DNA of 64,000 nucleotides, from contig JBGPUU010000001.1 of NCBI GenBank assembly GCA_041491305.1, positions 15,500-79,499 on the forward strand, read 5' to 3'. This document shows positions 20,860-31,647 of the stretch, in pieces. The notes beneath the pieces were generated by a model. The model made no database searches. It was not told the DNA's origin and saw only the letters and a list, made by a program, of their open reading frames with translations. The stretch is from Candidatus Methanoperedens sp. (lineage in GTDB: Archaea; Halobacteriota; Methanosarcinia; Methanosarcinales; Methanoperedenaceae). The position numbers and the translations under genes are program-made. The stretch's first letter is position 1. Every line of letters starts with the position of its first letter.

Positions 20860-21342
20860 ATGGAGAAACAACATAAGAAAATATCCGCAGGTTTTGTAGA
20901 AAACATAAAACGCCTCTCCAGGAAACATCAGCGGAATATCTGGAAGGCAGTTGCATTCTACTGGCACGTGCATCTATATGAACGCCACAAACTGAAGAAA
21001 TTAAAACCAGACATTCCTGATTACGAACTCATCCAGCAGGCTGCGGTGAAGGTATATGGTAATGAAAAGGCTGAGCCTGTTCTCAATACCCTCCTCGAAC
21101 TGGGAATCCATCCTCATCCTTTCAATACATTGATTTATGAAGCCGCTAATGGCATAGCTCCCACAGCAAGAGAAAAGATTCACAGCTTTTGCTTTGGCTG
21201 CATCGTCAGATTCGATACGGAGTATCGCGATGCTGTCAAAGAGCTTATCGAAAAAGGCATAATTAAAAAGACAAAAGACCAGGAATGGATAGGCTACCTT
21301 AAAAGATGCAACAGTTACGTGCCCGAGATAGAGCAGCTGTAA
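20860..21342 (+). CDS. Hypothetical protein
   Basis: 160 aa ORF, no recognised motif. Confidence 0.6.
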   Translation: MEKQHKKISAGFVENIKRLSRKHQRNIWKAVAFYWHVHLYERHKLKKLKPDIPDYELIQQAAVKVYGNEKAEPVLNTLLELGIHPHPFNTLIYEAANGIAPTAREKIHSFCFGCIVRFDTEYRDAVKELIEKGIIKKTKDQEWIGYLKRCNSYVPEIEQL

Positions 21343-21429
21343 GTATCAACCACGGCAAGAAAAGGGAATAATCTTCTTACAGTACATTTAAGTTTTGTTA
21401 TCTGAATATTATTATTTGTGGCGGTTAGT

Positions 21430-22821
21430 ATGACGAGAAGTAATATAGATGACGTAAACATTTTCCTTGCTGTTGAATGTTCCCTTGGCAATCCTCTCAG
21501 CAGGTTTGTCATAAACATGCTATCAAAAAAGAATAACGATTCAAGCCTTATTGAAGATGCACTTCTGAGTTACTGTGGCATCAAAAATTGCACTCTCCTG
21601 GAAAAGTTAAAAACTGCCCCGTTGTGCGCTCTGCTCGGGATTGGCCGCACTGCATTTGGCGCAGATAAGGATTCCATGCAGGAGTATTTCGGCGACCCGG
21701 TGGCAAGGAAGGGGCTAATCAATGTCATCCGAAGTATTGGCCTTTCAAACTTTCTGCTCCTTTCCTTGTGGTGTGGAATTACACCAACGCCTGCAACCTC
21801 CGCTGCAAGCACTGCTACCAGAGCGCATCGAAAGCACTACCGGATGAGCTTAACCTCGATGAGAAGCTGGATGTAATCGACCAGCTATCAGAGAATGATG
21901 TGGTGGCGCTTGCCTTCTCAGGCGGAGAACCTCTTATGGGAGATGATTTTTTTGAAGTTGCCTCCTATGCCACAAGGAAAAACATGTACGTGACCCTTGC
22001 CACCAACGGAACGCTTCTTACAATAAAAATGGTGGATAAGCTTGTAGAGTGCGGCGTGAAATACATTGAAATAAGTCTTGACGGCGCGACTCCGGTGAGC
22101 CATGATAGTTTCAGGTGCATTACAGGTGCCTGGAATAGAACGATAGAAGGAATAAAAAATGCGGTCGAACGTGAAGAACTCTTCGTATGTGTTGCCTCAA
22201 CCATCACAAAACATAATTTTGGGGAGGTGAACTTCCTAATCGACCTTGCAGGCGAGCTTGGAACAGAGCGGTTCCTTGCTTTTAATTTCATTCCCACGGG
22301 AAATGCAGTTAATATTCAAGATATGGACCTTACGCCTGCCATGCGGGAAGAACTCTTAGAAACCCTGTACCAGCGGCTCAAAAAAGGAGGTCTTGAAGTG
22401 ATGACTACTGCCCCGCAGTTTGCGAGGGTATGCATGAGTAAATCCAGGAATACCTTTGCGATGGCACATTTCGGCACATACGAGGATGCTGATAAAACCC
22501 GCATGCTTGCAGAATTAATCGGCGGCTGCGGGGCAGGACGCCTTTATTGCTCCATCCAGCCCAACGGCATCGTCACCCCCTGTGTATATATGCCCATCGA
22601 AGTGGGCGACCTTCGAACAGAGGGTTTCATGGATATATGGGAAAACTCAGGCACCTTAAAGCAACTGCGGCGTTTGTGATTTCAGGAACGTATGCGGCGG
22701 GTGCAGGGCGAGGGCGTATGCCTATACAGGTAACATTAACAGTGGTGACCCGGGATGCATCAGAAATAGTACAGCTTACCAATCGTCCAGTTTTAATCCT
22801 GCATTTAAAGCTCATGCGTGA
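21430..22821 (+). pseudogene. Radical SAM/SPASM protein with two frame-breaking deletions (about 21745 and about 22668)
   Basis: N-terminal part in one frame; VWNYTNACNLRCKHCY...GCGAGRLYC...PC in a second; CGVCDFRNVCGGCRARAY...GDPGC back in the first frame, ending TGA 22819-22821. Confidence 0.85.
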
Positions 22822-22859
22822 TTTAATCTACACATATGATATTTAGGAAGAGGAAAATC

Positions 22860-23438
22860 ATGGATTTTTTTAAATCTGCATACAAAGGCACTCCGCCGTG
22901 GGATATCGGGCGTCCACAGAAGGAATTCATCCGGCTTGCGGAGGATGGAGAGATAAGTGGAAGAGTGCTTGATATAGGATGCGGAACGGGAGAGAATGCA
23001 TTATATCTTGCGGGTCTCGGTTTTGAGGTGTGGGGCATCGATTCGGCACCATCTGCTATCAAAAAAGCAAAAGAAAAGGTTAAAAAACGTGGAATTACTG
23101 TAAACTTTCTCGTTTCCGATGCTCTTGAACTTGAATTGCTTCAGAATAAGTTCGATATTATAATCGACTGCGGCTTGTTTCATGTGTTTTCGGATGAGGA
23201 GCGCCCGATTTATGCTGCAAGTTTATCTTCTGCACTCCATCCCGGTGGCAAGTATTTCATGCTATGTTTCAGCGAGCATGAGCCGGGATCATACGGGCCA
23301 AGAAGAGTAACTCAGGCTGAGATACGTGCCACGTTCGGTAAAAGTTGGAAGATTAATTACATCAGAGAAGCGGAACTTGAAACAACGTTTGGTGAAGAGG
23401 GCGTTAAAGCATGGCTGTCCTCCGTTACTCGTTTGTAG
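22860..23438 (+). CDS. Class I SAM-dependent methyltransferase
   Basis: PPWDIGRPQ, VLDIGCGTGEN, IIDCGLFH. Confidence 0.9.
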   Translation: MDFFKSAYKGTPPWDIGRPQKEFIRLAEDGEISGRVLDIGCGTGENALYLAGLGFEVWGIDSAPSAIKKAKEKVKKRGITVNFLVSDALELELLQNKFDIIIDCGLFHVFSDEERPIYAASLSSALHPGGKYFMLCFSEHEPGSYGPRRVTQAEIRATFGKSWKINYIREAELETTFGEEGVKAWLSSVTRL

Positions 23439-23507
23439 ATCAACACTGCTCAGATGCATGATGAAAATCAAACCCTTCTTTGCATTGCTTTTTAGTCAAA
23501 TACTATC

Positions 23508-23528
23508 ATAATTAAAAATTTTAATTAT
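23508..23528. promoter_or_regulatory. Perfect 10-1-10 palindrome upstream of TATA box (TTATATA 23545-23551) of the HTH-NTase pair; candidate operator
   Basis: ATAATTAAAA-A-TTTTAATTAT. Confidence 0.4.
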
Positions 23529-23574
23529 CAAATTAGTAAACTACTTATATACTTGTTTACTATATTGATATAAA

Positions 23575-24504
23575 ATGAATTACAAACTATCGGCACTTGA
23601 ACTCCGCACAATAAGTATTCTGGATAATGCATTCTCCATTAGCGAGCTAACCGAAAAAATTGGCGCCACCAAAGGCTATATTTCAAGAACTGTAGCATCT
23701 TTGAAGGATAAAGGATTTGTGGAAATTTCAAAGAGTGGGATAACAAAGAAAGTGACCATATCCAGTAATATGCATGCATCCAGGCTCAAATCTATCCTCC
23801 ACAATCGCAGCTATATGCCCCTTGAAGAACTTTTGCAGGGAACAGGCATTCAGGTTCTGGCGGTTTTAGCGTGTGGCAGTGCTGATTTTGCACAGTTACA
23901 AGAAGAAAGTGGGTTATCGGAGGCAACCCTCCGGCGCTGGATCAAAAAATTTAAAGAACATGCGGTGCTGAGATCACAGAATGGTGAATATGAACTTCTG
24001 GAGGACCTTAAAGATATAAGAGAGTTTCTGGAGTATTACTGTTCTTATTTTGCGATATCCACATTGAAGAAAATCTCACCTGCAGGCAACTTCATAGCCG
24101 CAAAAGGCTTTGAATTCCTTTTCTCTCTAAAAGGGGAGATCATAAATAAAAACATAAGGCCAACTGGATTGACCTCGATATCTGAAGAAATCCCGCTTAT
24201 GCTCGCTGAAAATTACTATTTCTATTCTTCCAGAACACCATCCAGAGAAGAAATAGCACTGCACGCTATTGTTGCTGACCCGCGCAGCAAAAGGAATCTC
24301 ACCTATGTTATATTGTATATTTTGAAGGAAAAACTCGATACGGCTCTTTTTCTTAAAATAGCAAAACTGTATAAAATTGAAGACATTGCCGGGGGCGTAT
24401 TGAAACTGTTAAATACAGGGGAGCAGGCAGAAGAGCCATATATGCCCGACCCGGCATACGTCAGGGAAAAACTGAAGGAGTATAAAATACGATGGCGAGA
24501 GTAA
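23575..24504 (+). CDS. Tandem winged-HTH protein, candidate antitoxin/regulator
   Basis: Two wHTH-like segments (SISELTEKIGATKGYISRTVASL; ADFAQLQEESGLSEATLRRWIKKF); overlaps the downstream NTase start. Confidence 0.7.
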   Translation: MNYKLSALELRTISILDNAFSISELTEKIGATKGYISRTVASLKDKGFVEISKSGITKKVTISSNMHASRLKSILHNRSYMPLEELLQGTGIQVLAVLACGSADFAQLQEESGLSEATLRRWIKKFKEHAVLRSQNGEYELLEDLKDIREFLEYYCSYFAISTLKKISPAGNFIAAKGFEFLFSLKGEIINKNIRPTGLTSISEEIPLMLAENYYFYSSRTPSREEIALHAIVADPRSKRNLTYVILYILKEKLDTALFLKIAKLYKIEDIAGGVLKLLNTGEQAEEPYMPDPAYVREKLKEYKIRWRE

Positions 24505-25310
24505 AATTCGATGACAAATACGTATCTTCTGAGCTTTAAAAGGTTGGAGATGCCCTAACTTCGCCTGTTGCACTTTACCTTATAGGCGGCGCAGCCATGA
24601 TAAAATACGGCTTAAAAGCTGCCACGAAGGACATTGACGTTTTACTTTCTACCCGGAAAGAGACAGAGGAATTGACCCAGGCACTTCTAAACTCAGGATA
24701 CCATATAATCCAAACCAATAGACTTGGTGCCGAATATCAAGAGATGCAGGCAATACAGATTCTTGAAAATGAAGGTGGGTTCAGATGGGATATCTTCCAT
24801 GAATATGTATGCAGAAAACTCAGATTGTCAACAGGGATGATCGAGCGGTCAGAAGTTCTATTTAAATCAGGGCTGCTGACGGTGAGGCTGATTTCAAAAG
24901 AAGATATCTTCCTTTTTAAAACCGTTACAGAACGAGACGACGATGAGGCGGATTTATTGCTCCTTGCAAGATCAAAGGTCGATTGGGAGCTTGTTTTACG
25001 AGAATGCATTAGCCAGTCAAGGGAAGATCTCAGGTGCGAAGTCGATTTGTCTGATAAATTAGATAAGCTTGGGGCATCTTACGGCCTTGAGACTCCAATA
25101 TATGATCGTATTTCACAGGCAGCTCAAATTGGAATGGAAAAATGGTTTGAGGAACGAATAATTGAAGAACTCAATAGATCTCCAAGAACTGCGGAAGAGT
25201 TGCTGGTAAGATTCAAATGCGGAAGAGAGACTTTATTGCCCTCTCTGGTTAACCTTGAAAAAATGGGCAGAATAAGAAAAGTAAATGGTAAATATATATT
25301 AAAGAAATGA
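24492..25310 (+). pseudogene. DUF6036/AbiEii-like nucleotidyltransferase with premature TAA at 24537-24539; C-terminal HTH
   Basis: ATG 24492 reads MARVKFDDKYVSSEL*KVGDALTSPVALYLIGGAAMIKYGLKAATKDIDV, in frame with ORF 24597 (GG...TKDID NTase signature, KTVTERDDDEAD). Confidence 0.75.
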
Positions 25311-25326
25311 CATTATTAGAGTCTTT

Positions 25327-25701
25327 ATGAAAACTTTTAAAATAAAGCAGCTTGATGATAAAGACGAGGAAATTGCGGATGCTCTTATTTCTTTAGGCAT
25401 GAACAGGTCTATTGCAAGAACGCTGACATATCTTCAAAATGTTGATGAAGCTACCGCTGTTGAGCTTGAGAAGGGTGCTATGCTGCATCAACCCGAGGTC
25501 AGCAATGCTGTGAAAGAGTTAAAGGAACGCGGCTGGATAAATGAGAGGGAGGAAAAGAAGCCAGGCAAAGGAAGGCCGCATAAAATATACTCGCTTGAAG
25601 TCAGGTTTAACAATATTATCACTCAGTTAGAGAAACAGCAGAAAATAGTTGTTGATGAGGAACGGGCAAAGATTATGCGGTTGAAGGAATTGGGGAAATA
25701 A
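25327..25701 (+). CDS. Archaeal wHTH transcriptional regulator (COG4738/MarR-like)
   Basis: LGMNRSIARTLTYL, LHQPEVSNAV, GKGRPHKIYSL. Confidence 0.8.
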   Translation: MKTFKIKQLDDKDEEIADALISLGMNRSIARTLTYLQNVDEATAVELEKGAMLHQPEVSNAVKELKERGWINEREEKKPGKGRPHKIYSLEVRFNNIITQLEKQQKIVVDEERAKIMRLKELGK

Positions 25702-25906
25702 ACCTGTTATTTCAACTGCCCGTAGACTTAACGTTACCATTTAGCGAAGATTAATACTTTTAAATAGGTAATGTCAAATCTTCATCCGCTAAAAATACAA
25801 TGCTGTCTTGGTATCTGCCCATCGTTTTTCTTATAATCTTCGTTACATTTATCGTCATGTTATTATCCTCTTACTTTCTCGAACAGTTCGCCAGCTTCGT
25901 GATATA

Positions 25907-27633
25907 TCAAATATTTAATTTAAAAAGTTTCATTTCTTTATTTGCATAAACAATGTCGTATCCTTCCATTGTTTGATTAGTCCATAACTTATAATAATTG
26001 TTTCAGCTGCATCCGGTGTCATTGCTTCAATATGGTCTGTTTGATTAAAATTATAGAACACTTCCTTCCCTTCCCCGGAACAAATTTCAATAACAAAAGC
26101 TATTATGCCGTCGAATTTTCCAATCAAAAGATATACTTCTGAATTATTATGTTTACTTTTATAATTCCTGGCTATCTGCAAACCTTCAGTGCGATTAGTT
26201 CCCATAATAATTTTTGAAACATTGATTACATCAGGATCTTCAATATACATCTGATCAATTACAGTTCGTCTCTGTGCACGATATGCAATATCATTGCCAT
26301 AATCCCACCAATTAATTATCAGAGCATCAGGTGCAGTATTATTTCTGATATAACTGTATCCCTTCATCATATCAGAATTCCCTATTCCCGGATAATCATT
26401 GGATAATCTGGAGAACTTTATACTATCAATGGATGGTCCAGCAATAGATGAGAACAATAGAATCGCTGCAAGAATAGTTAACAATTGAATACCAATTCTT
26501 TTCCTCGAATCCAATTTGGCAGCCTGGTCAATTACCGCACTAAATCCTATTCCGATACTTATATATCCAAATATTGAAAAGAGATCCATAAAATGAGACC
26601 TAGTCAGTCCCAGAATCATTGAAATCCCGACGGCAGATATCAAAAGTAGCCCAAAGCCATTGTTTTTTAAATATAAACTATAAAGACCGAATACTAATAT
26701 TATAATTCCCAATATCAGATATTTTCCGAAAAACATCTCTAAAAATTGGAAATTAGAAGGCTGGAGGTCTGCGGTGAACATATATACGATTGGCCTTGAT
26801 GTAAATCCCATCATCTGCATTGCTCTTGTAATTTCTTCCAGGTTCCTGACAGGATAAAGAATACTTGAGAGAATAGTTCCTAAAATTAGCATAATTATGA
26901 TCAAAGTCAAAAAAGAGGAAAAGGGATATAAAGCCCGTTTAGTGGCAAAATAGTATAGGGTAATCAGCAGGCTGTAGAGAATGAGAATTGCGTGAATAAC
27001 AAAATAGCCACCCCATGAAAAGCCAGTGAGTCCAACAGAAATGGAAGGCAATAATATCCAGAATAAGTAAAGAATCTTTTCTTTCTTTTTTGTAGGCAAA
27101 GGATGTTGTAAAATGTCCAGTGCTCTAACTACAAGAAATATTGTTAATACAATCAAGAATAATGAAAGTGCATCATGAAAAGTAAATCCTTTCATTGTCC
27201 TCATCAGTAAGAAAGAGTAAACTGAAGCGAATATTCCACTTAATAATCCAGCTTTCCAGTTATATAATCTGCGAGCTAGCAAAAATATGACCACTATTGT
27301 TGCGGCACCAAGGAACGGAGGCAACAATCCTTCTGCCAAAGTCATACTTGACATTCCAAAATTGATGGGAATGATGTCAAATAATTTGCCAGCGAATGCC
27401 AGAAGGTATGCCATTCCCGGTTGATATAATGGAGCAGAACTAAATGGGTCTGGAACGGCTGGATGACCATATGAGTAAATATATTCTGCTTGTCTTGACA
27501 TGTATGCAGCATTGGCAACCTGAGTATCCTATACTCCCCCATATAATCGAAAAAAAAACGCAAAAGCAAATAGAGAAAATGCTATTAATATATCTCGAAA
27601 TTTAGGATGTCTGTAACAATTTAATATTGACAT
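25907..27633 (-). pseudogene. STT3/AglB-like oligosaccharyltransferase; in-frame TAG at 27529-27531 and frameshift at about 25993
   Basis: WWDYG motif, FHD, many TM helices. ATG 27633 is in frame with ORF 27501 via TAG at codon 35. The natural-looking C-terminus YKLWTNQTMEGYDIVYANKEMKLFKLNI lies in a shifted frame. Confidence 0.75.
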
Positions 27634-27648
27634 AATAAAAACCCACCT

Positions 27649-27792
27649 TTAATTTCTCCTAAATCCCATACATTTTAGTCTCCCTATATACTTTCCTTCA
27701 TACGATACCATATATACCTCCTCCTTTTTGTTTACAAATGCTGCATTCGGGCACCAGCCCAACCATAACCTTAATTTCTGAAAGGCATTCAT
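27649..27792 (-). pseudogene. Truncated DUF1673 gene
   Basis: MNAFQKLRLWLGWCPNAAFVNKKEE..., stops after 47 codons. Confidence 0.7.
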
Positions 27793-27813
27793 ACAGTTTC
27801 TTCCTTTATTTGG

Positions 27814-28605
27814 TTACCTATCAAGCCCTATCGATACCGCCACCCCTACGACCACCGAGATTGCTATGATTGCCGCCCATACCAGGAAACTCTTCCTGTC
27901 CATTTTATATAGATAATCAGGTTCTTCAAAACCTGCCCTCTTAGACAAAACGACGAGTATCAGCATAGACACTCCGAAGGCCGTAATGCCCTTCAGCAGA
28001 GGCATCAGCGGCATTTGCAGGGCATAATATCGAATTAGGACAAAGGCAGATGCTGTTGCATAGAATAGCATCATCTTAACACCGGTGGGGCGGTTAAGTT
28101 CGAATATTTTTGTCAGTTTTAAACCAATGAATAAGAGAATAATGAACCATGCTCTGTGTAGCACCGGGTATTGGAGGGAGAAATAAAGATACACTACATA
28201 AACCACAATCAAGGTAGCCAATTCTCTTAAAGGTTTAATATTTTCAAAGCGGTATATAATAGGACTCAGTATATTCTTTCTGTACCAGACCATGAATACG
28301 AAAAAGGCAAAGGTTACAATCGGCGCCAGGTAAAAGGTGTCAGTCAGGTCTGCTTTGATATAACCATAAGAAATCATCATCCCAATGGCAATAAATGAAT
28401 AAAATAAAACAGCGATCGAGCGCAGCAGTTCTCCTTTGACGATGTAATCCCATTCGAATAACGATGCAAATAACTTCGGAGATGCATCGTCCCCGCTATC
28501 TGGCTTATTGGCATAACCTTCTCCAGAAGGAGGCTCGTTGATTTTCGTATCCGCAACAGGGCACCAGCCCATCATTTTTTTAATTACTTCAACTCTGGAA
28601 TTCAT
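27814..28605 (-). CDS. DUF1673 family membrane protein
   Basis: IKKMMGWCP N-terminal motif; about 7 TM segments. Confidence 0.8.
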   Translation of the reverse strand: MNSRVEVIKKMMGWCPVADTKINEPPSGEGYANKPDSGDDASPKLFASLFEWDYIVKGELLRSIAVLFYSFIAIGMMISYGYIKADLTDTFYLAPIVTFAFFVFMVWYRKNILSPIIYRFENIKPLRELATLIVVYVVYLYFSLQYPVLHRAWFIILLFIGLKLTKIFELNRPTGVKMMLFYATASAFVLIRYYALQMPLMPLLKGITAFGVSMLILVVLSKRAGFEEPDYLYKMDRKSFLVWAAIIAISVVVGVAVSIGLDR

Positions 28606-28880
28606 AATAAACTGTTTCCTTTACGAATAATTTTCACATATACGAAAATGCCTAATATAGTCCAAACAAAAATCGATGAACTAAATAAGGACACGCCAAA
28701 CCACATTAGACCATTATAATAATCTATACCGTATACGAATAAAATCCCGGAAAACAAAAGCAAGAGCAAGCTTACAAGAAAAATACTGTAAGTCAGACTA
28801 TTTATTTTACTAAGGTATTCCCTGTTTTTAACTTCCCCTATAACCCGTTTGATTACCTGTTCTCCAAAATCAACTATCAT
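28602..28880 (-). CDS. Small 2-TM membrane protein
   Basis: ATGA-coupled to the next gene; hydrophobic. Confidence 0.6.
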   Translation of the reverse strand: MIVDFGEQVIKRVIGEVKNREYLSKINSLTYSIFLVSLLLLLFSGILFVYGIDYYNGLMWFGVSLFSSSIFVWTILGIFVYVKIIRKGNSLL

Positions 28881-28885
28881 ATTAT

Positions 28886-28981
28886 TCAGTCCCGCTCAGA
28901 ATATCCAATCGTTTTTGTACTCAGGCGCCGGCCCACCAATCGTTTTATCTTATCCGCAACGTTCACAAACAATTCAATCAC
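28886..28981 (-). pseudogene. Degenerate DUF1673 N-terminus
   Basis: GTG start; VNVADKIKRLVGRRLSTKT, where GGC CGG CGC CTG aligns to the GGC TGG TGC CCG (GWCP) of paralogs. Confidence 0.45.
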
Positions 28982-29165
28982 CAGAATCCTTTTGTTTCTG
29001 GGCGCTTTTCAACCAGTAATACTTCGATAAGATTCCAAACAGAGAACCGGTGGCAATTCCGAAAGATAATATCCAGTTAATTCTCCCGATAACGAAATGG
29101 CCAATAATCATAGTACCAATAAATACAATAACTGCAACCAGAATCCCCTGTTTAATCGGAGTCAT
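28974..29165 (-). CDS. Small 2-TM membrane protein
   Basis: 63 aa, ATGA overlap with the upstream gene. Confidence 0.6.
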   Translation of the reverse strand: MTPIKQGILVAVIVFIGTMIIGHFVIGRINWILSFGIATGSLFGILSKYYWLKSAQKQKDSGD

Positions 29166-29782
29166 TTGCTGCTGCCCACCTTAATATCCAATGCGTCCAC
29201 TGCGTAAAAAGATGTTTTCTCCACTATCAACGTCTTCCTGTTCTTCCGCTCCCAGTAAACCACTTCAAGATACTGTGTCCATACAAACAAAACGAAACCT
29301 GAGAGAAAGGCGTAATACCCGCTGATGCGTATCCCAGTTTTCACCAGCAAAAAGCCAGTTACAAAAATGACTACAGCTATTAATCCAAATATTATGAGGT
29401 AGTTAATGACCTTCTTTTTTCTGGTAATTTGCAACCCCCTGAACTCTCCTGATGCAGCTTTATTGAGTCTGCACCATTCGGCTATTCCAGTTACTATACT
29501 GAAGAAAGCCCCTGTGATTAAGCCATACAAGAAAAGGTTCATATTATCTTTTCCACCTAAATTAAACCAGGTGATTGCTAATAGCGTTAAAATAAATGAG
29601 TTCAATAAAACCCTGTTGCGCCATTTGTTCCACCATTTTGCAGTAGTATGAGTTAATTCCCCGCCGCTATCAGGCGCATTTACCATTATGTCATCAAATT
29701 GAACGGATTTTCTTGTTTCTATAGTCTTCGCATTCGGGCACCAGCCCATCAACTTCTTTATATGTTCGATAACAACGGTCAT
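29162..29782 (-). CDS. DUF1673 family membrane protein
   Basis: MTVVIEHIKKLMGWCPN...YLEVVYWERKNRKT. Confidence 0.85.
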   Translation of the reverse strand: MTVVIEHIKKLMGWCPNAKTIETRKSVQFDDIMVNAPDSGGELTHTTAKWWNKWRNRVLLNSFILTLLAITWFNLGGKDNMNLFLYGLITGAFFSIVTGIAEWCRLNKAASGEFRGLQITRKKKVINYLIIFGLIAVVIFVTGFLLVKTGIRISGYYAFLSGFVLFVWTQYLEVVYWERKNRKTLIVEKTSFYAVDALDIKVGSSK

Positions 29783-30360
29783 TCGTATTCCCCTGAATTT
29801 ATCGCGGCAAGAGTTGGCTTGTAAAAACCATGTGTAACTATGGTCCTCCGGTTTTTCTTTTCCCAATATACAATCTGTAAGTACCCGCCCCATGATGTAA
29901 ATGCAAAGCCGGAAATGAATGAAAGAGTTGTTCTTAAGCCATATACAGAAGCCAAATATCCAACTGTTGCGATGCCTAGAATTATTAAGATATAAACTGC
30001 AATCATATGTTTTGTTGAAGTTTTTATAGGCATCTCCCTGCCTGCTATCCTATCAAGTGACTGCAATCCTTGAGCCCATGTTAACACCCCACCCAATGTC
30101 CCTATAAAAAGTCCTGCAAGAAAAATATCTATTTTGCTTATTCCATTGTAAGCTACAAGTAGTGTAATAACTGCAGATTGTACTAAGACCTTGTTGCGAT
30201 ACTTGTTCCACCACCCCGCGGTAGTGCGAGTTAATTCACTACCACTATCAGGCGCATTTACCGTCAGGTTATCGAATTGCACGGATTTTCTTGTTTCTAT
30301 CGTGCTCGTATTGGGGCACCAGCCCATCATTTTCCTGATATTTTCGATAAATGCGGTCAT
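29779..30360 (-). CDS. DUF1673 family membrane protein
   Basis: MTAFIENIRKMMGWCPN...YLQIVYWEKKNRRT. Confidence 0.85.
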   Translation of the reverse strand: MTAFIENIRKMMGWCPNTSTIETRKSVQFDNLTVNAPDSGSELTRTTAGWWNKYRNKVLVQSAVITLLVAYNGISKIDIFLAGLFIGTLGGVLTWAQGLQSLDRIAGREMPIKTSTKHMIAVYILIILGIATVGYLASVYGLRTTLSFISGFAFTSWGGYLQIVYWEKKNRRTIVTHGFYKPTLAAINSGEYE

Positions 30361-30954
30361 TATTTGCTTCCCGAATTAATGATTACAACAGTCGGCTTGA
30401 AATATCCATGTGTAACTATTGTTTTCCTGTTTTTCTTTTCCCAGTATAAGACTTGTAAGTACCACACCCACGAGACAAGTAAAAAGCCAATAAAATATCC
30501 TGGAATTCTTTCCCAACCAAATAGACCACAAATAACTAAACGCAATTATGCTGAGAATGCCCAATATATAAACAACAAGCATTCGTTTTGTTGAAAGCTT
30601 TAGGGTATTCTCGCTCTTACTGCTTGCTATTTTATTCAGTGAATCAAATCCTGGCATCCTTGCCAGTACGCCAAAGAATATTCCTGTAAAAAGCACCGCC
30701 AGCAAAAAATCCATGTTGTTTATTTCCGGCGATATGAACCACTTAATAGAAAGGATGGTGAGACCGATTGATACTAGCAAAGCCAAGTTGCGATATTTAT
30801 TCCACCATCCAGCTGTAGTGTGAATTAATTCGCCACCACTCCCGGGTACATTTACCATTGGGTCATCAAACGGAACGGATTTTCTTGCTTCTATCGTGCT
30901 CGTATTGGGGCACCAGCCCATAATTTTCCTGATATTTTCGGTAAAAGCAGTCAT
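30360..30954 (-). pseudogene. DUF1673 family membrane protein, frameshift at about 30525
   Basis: MTAFTENIRKIMGWCPN in ORF 30376-30990; conserved tail YLQVLYWEKKNRKT in ORF 30360-30545. Confidence 0.8.
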
Positions 30955-30967
30955 TTCTCCTCCTTTC

Positions 30968-31645
30968 TCAATCCGACTTAGCAGGGGCAATACCTTTCAA
31001 TATCAAGAAGTCATGTTCATTGCGGGGATAAAGTAAAATGTCTCTTCCACCAGCGTTTATTCTAATCATATCCGGATAATTCGACATGCGGATAGCGGCA
31101 TAGAATACGTAAATAAATAAGAATATTGCAATAATATACATTTTATTCATGACGGAGTTTGGCATTGTAACTATAAAATAAATCGACAGCATTATCATCA
31201 CTGCCAACGAAACCAAGCTTCGCAACTTATGCCTGTTTCCGTAATTTTCAAATATTTCTATGCTTTTGATGCGATTTCTAGGAACAAGGGTATCGCCCAA
31301 AATCGGCGTGTTTATCCTTAATGTTTCACTGCCAACAGATAATTTTGTATGAAATAATATGAAAAGCAATGCAATCAAGATAAATGAGGATGGGAATAAG
31401 TATCTGTATGTGCCTATCCATGCACTTACGGATAAAATTAAAACAATAAGACCGCAAAGAATACCCCAGATTCGCCAGTCAAACATTTGCAAAGGTACAT
31501 CCTTACCCTTATGGATGGTATTACTATCGGCATGGGTCTTACTGCAATTGGCATATGCTGAAATAAATTCATCTTCAGTCCTGTAAACAATTTTTTTCTG
31601 CGGGCACCAGCCCATCGTTTTTCGTATTATTTCTGTTACATTCAT
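30968..31645 (-). CDS. DUF1673 family membrane protein (divergent)
   Basis: IRKTMGWCPQ; TM pairs flanking a beta-rich (PH-like?) segment. Confidence 0.8.
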   Translation of the reverse strand: MNVTEIIRKTMGWCPQKKIVYRTEDEFISAYANCSKTHADSNTIHKGKDVPLQMFDWRIWGILCGLIVLILSVSAWIGTYRYLFPSSFILIALLFILFHTKLSVGSETLRINTPILGDTLVPRNRIKSIEIFENYGNRHKLRSLVSLAVMIMLSIYFIVTMPNSVMNKMYIIAIFLFIYVFYAAIRMSNYPDMIRINAGGRDILLYPRNEHDFLILKGIAPAKSD

Positions 31646-31647
31646 CG

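Noticed and set aside
21288-21300. ATAGGCTACCTT matching the right 25-bp repeat
   Set aside because: It lies within a CDS and lacks the TGTAGC arm; likely chance.
5200-27531. Three in-frame TAGs (5200, 16012, 27529) suggesting pyrrolysine or amber recoding
   Set aside because: TAG is the normal terminator of many genes here (5024, 7110, 11999, 13949, 23438). An in-frame TAA (24537) and many frameshifts also occur, no pyl genes are in the window, and the STT3 gene has a second lesion. Nonsense mutation or error is more parsimonious.
27649-31645. DUF1673 array as a diversity-generating retroelement target
   Set aside because: No reverse transcriptase, and no TR/VR pair differing only at adenines was seen.
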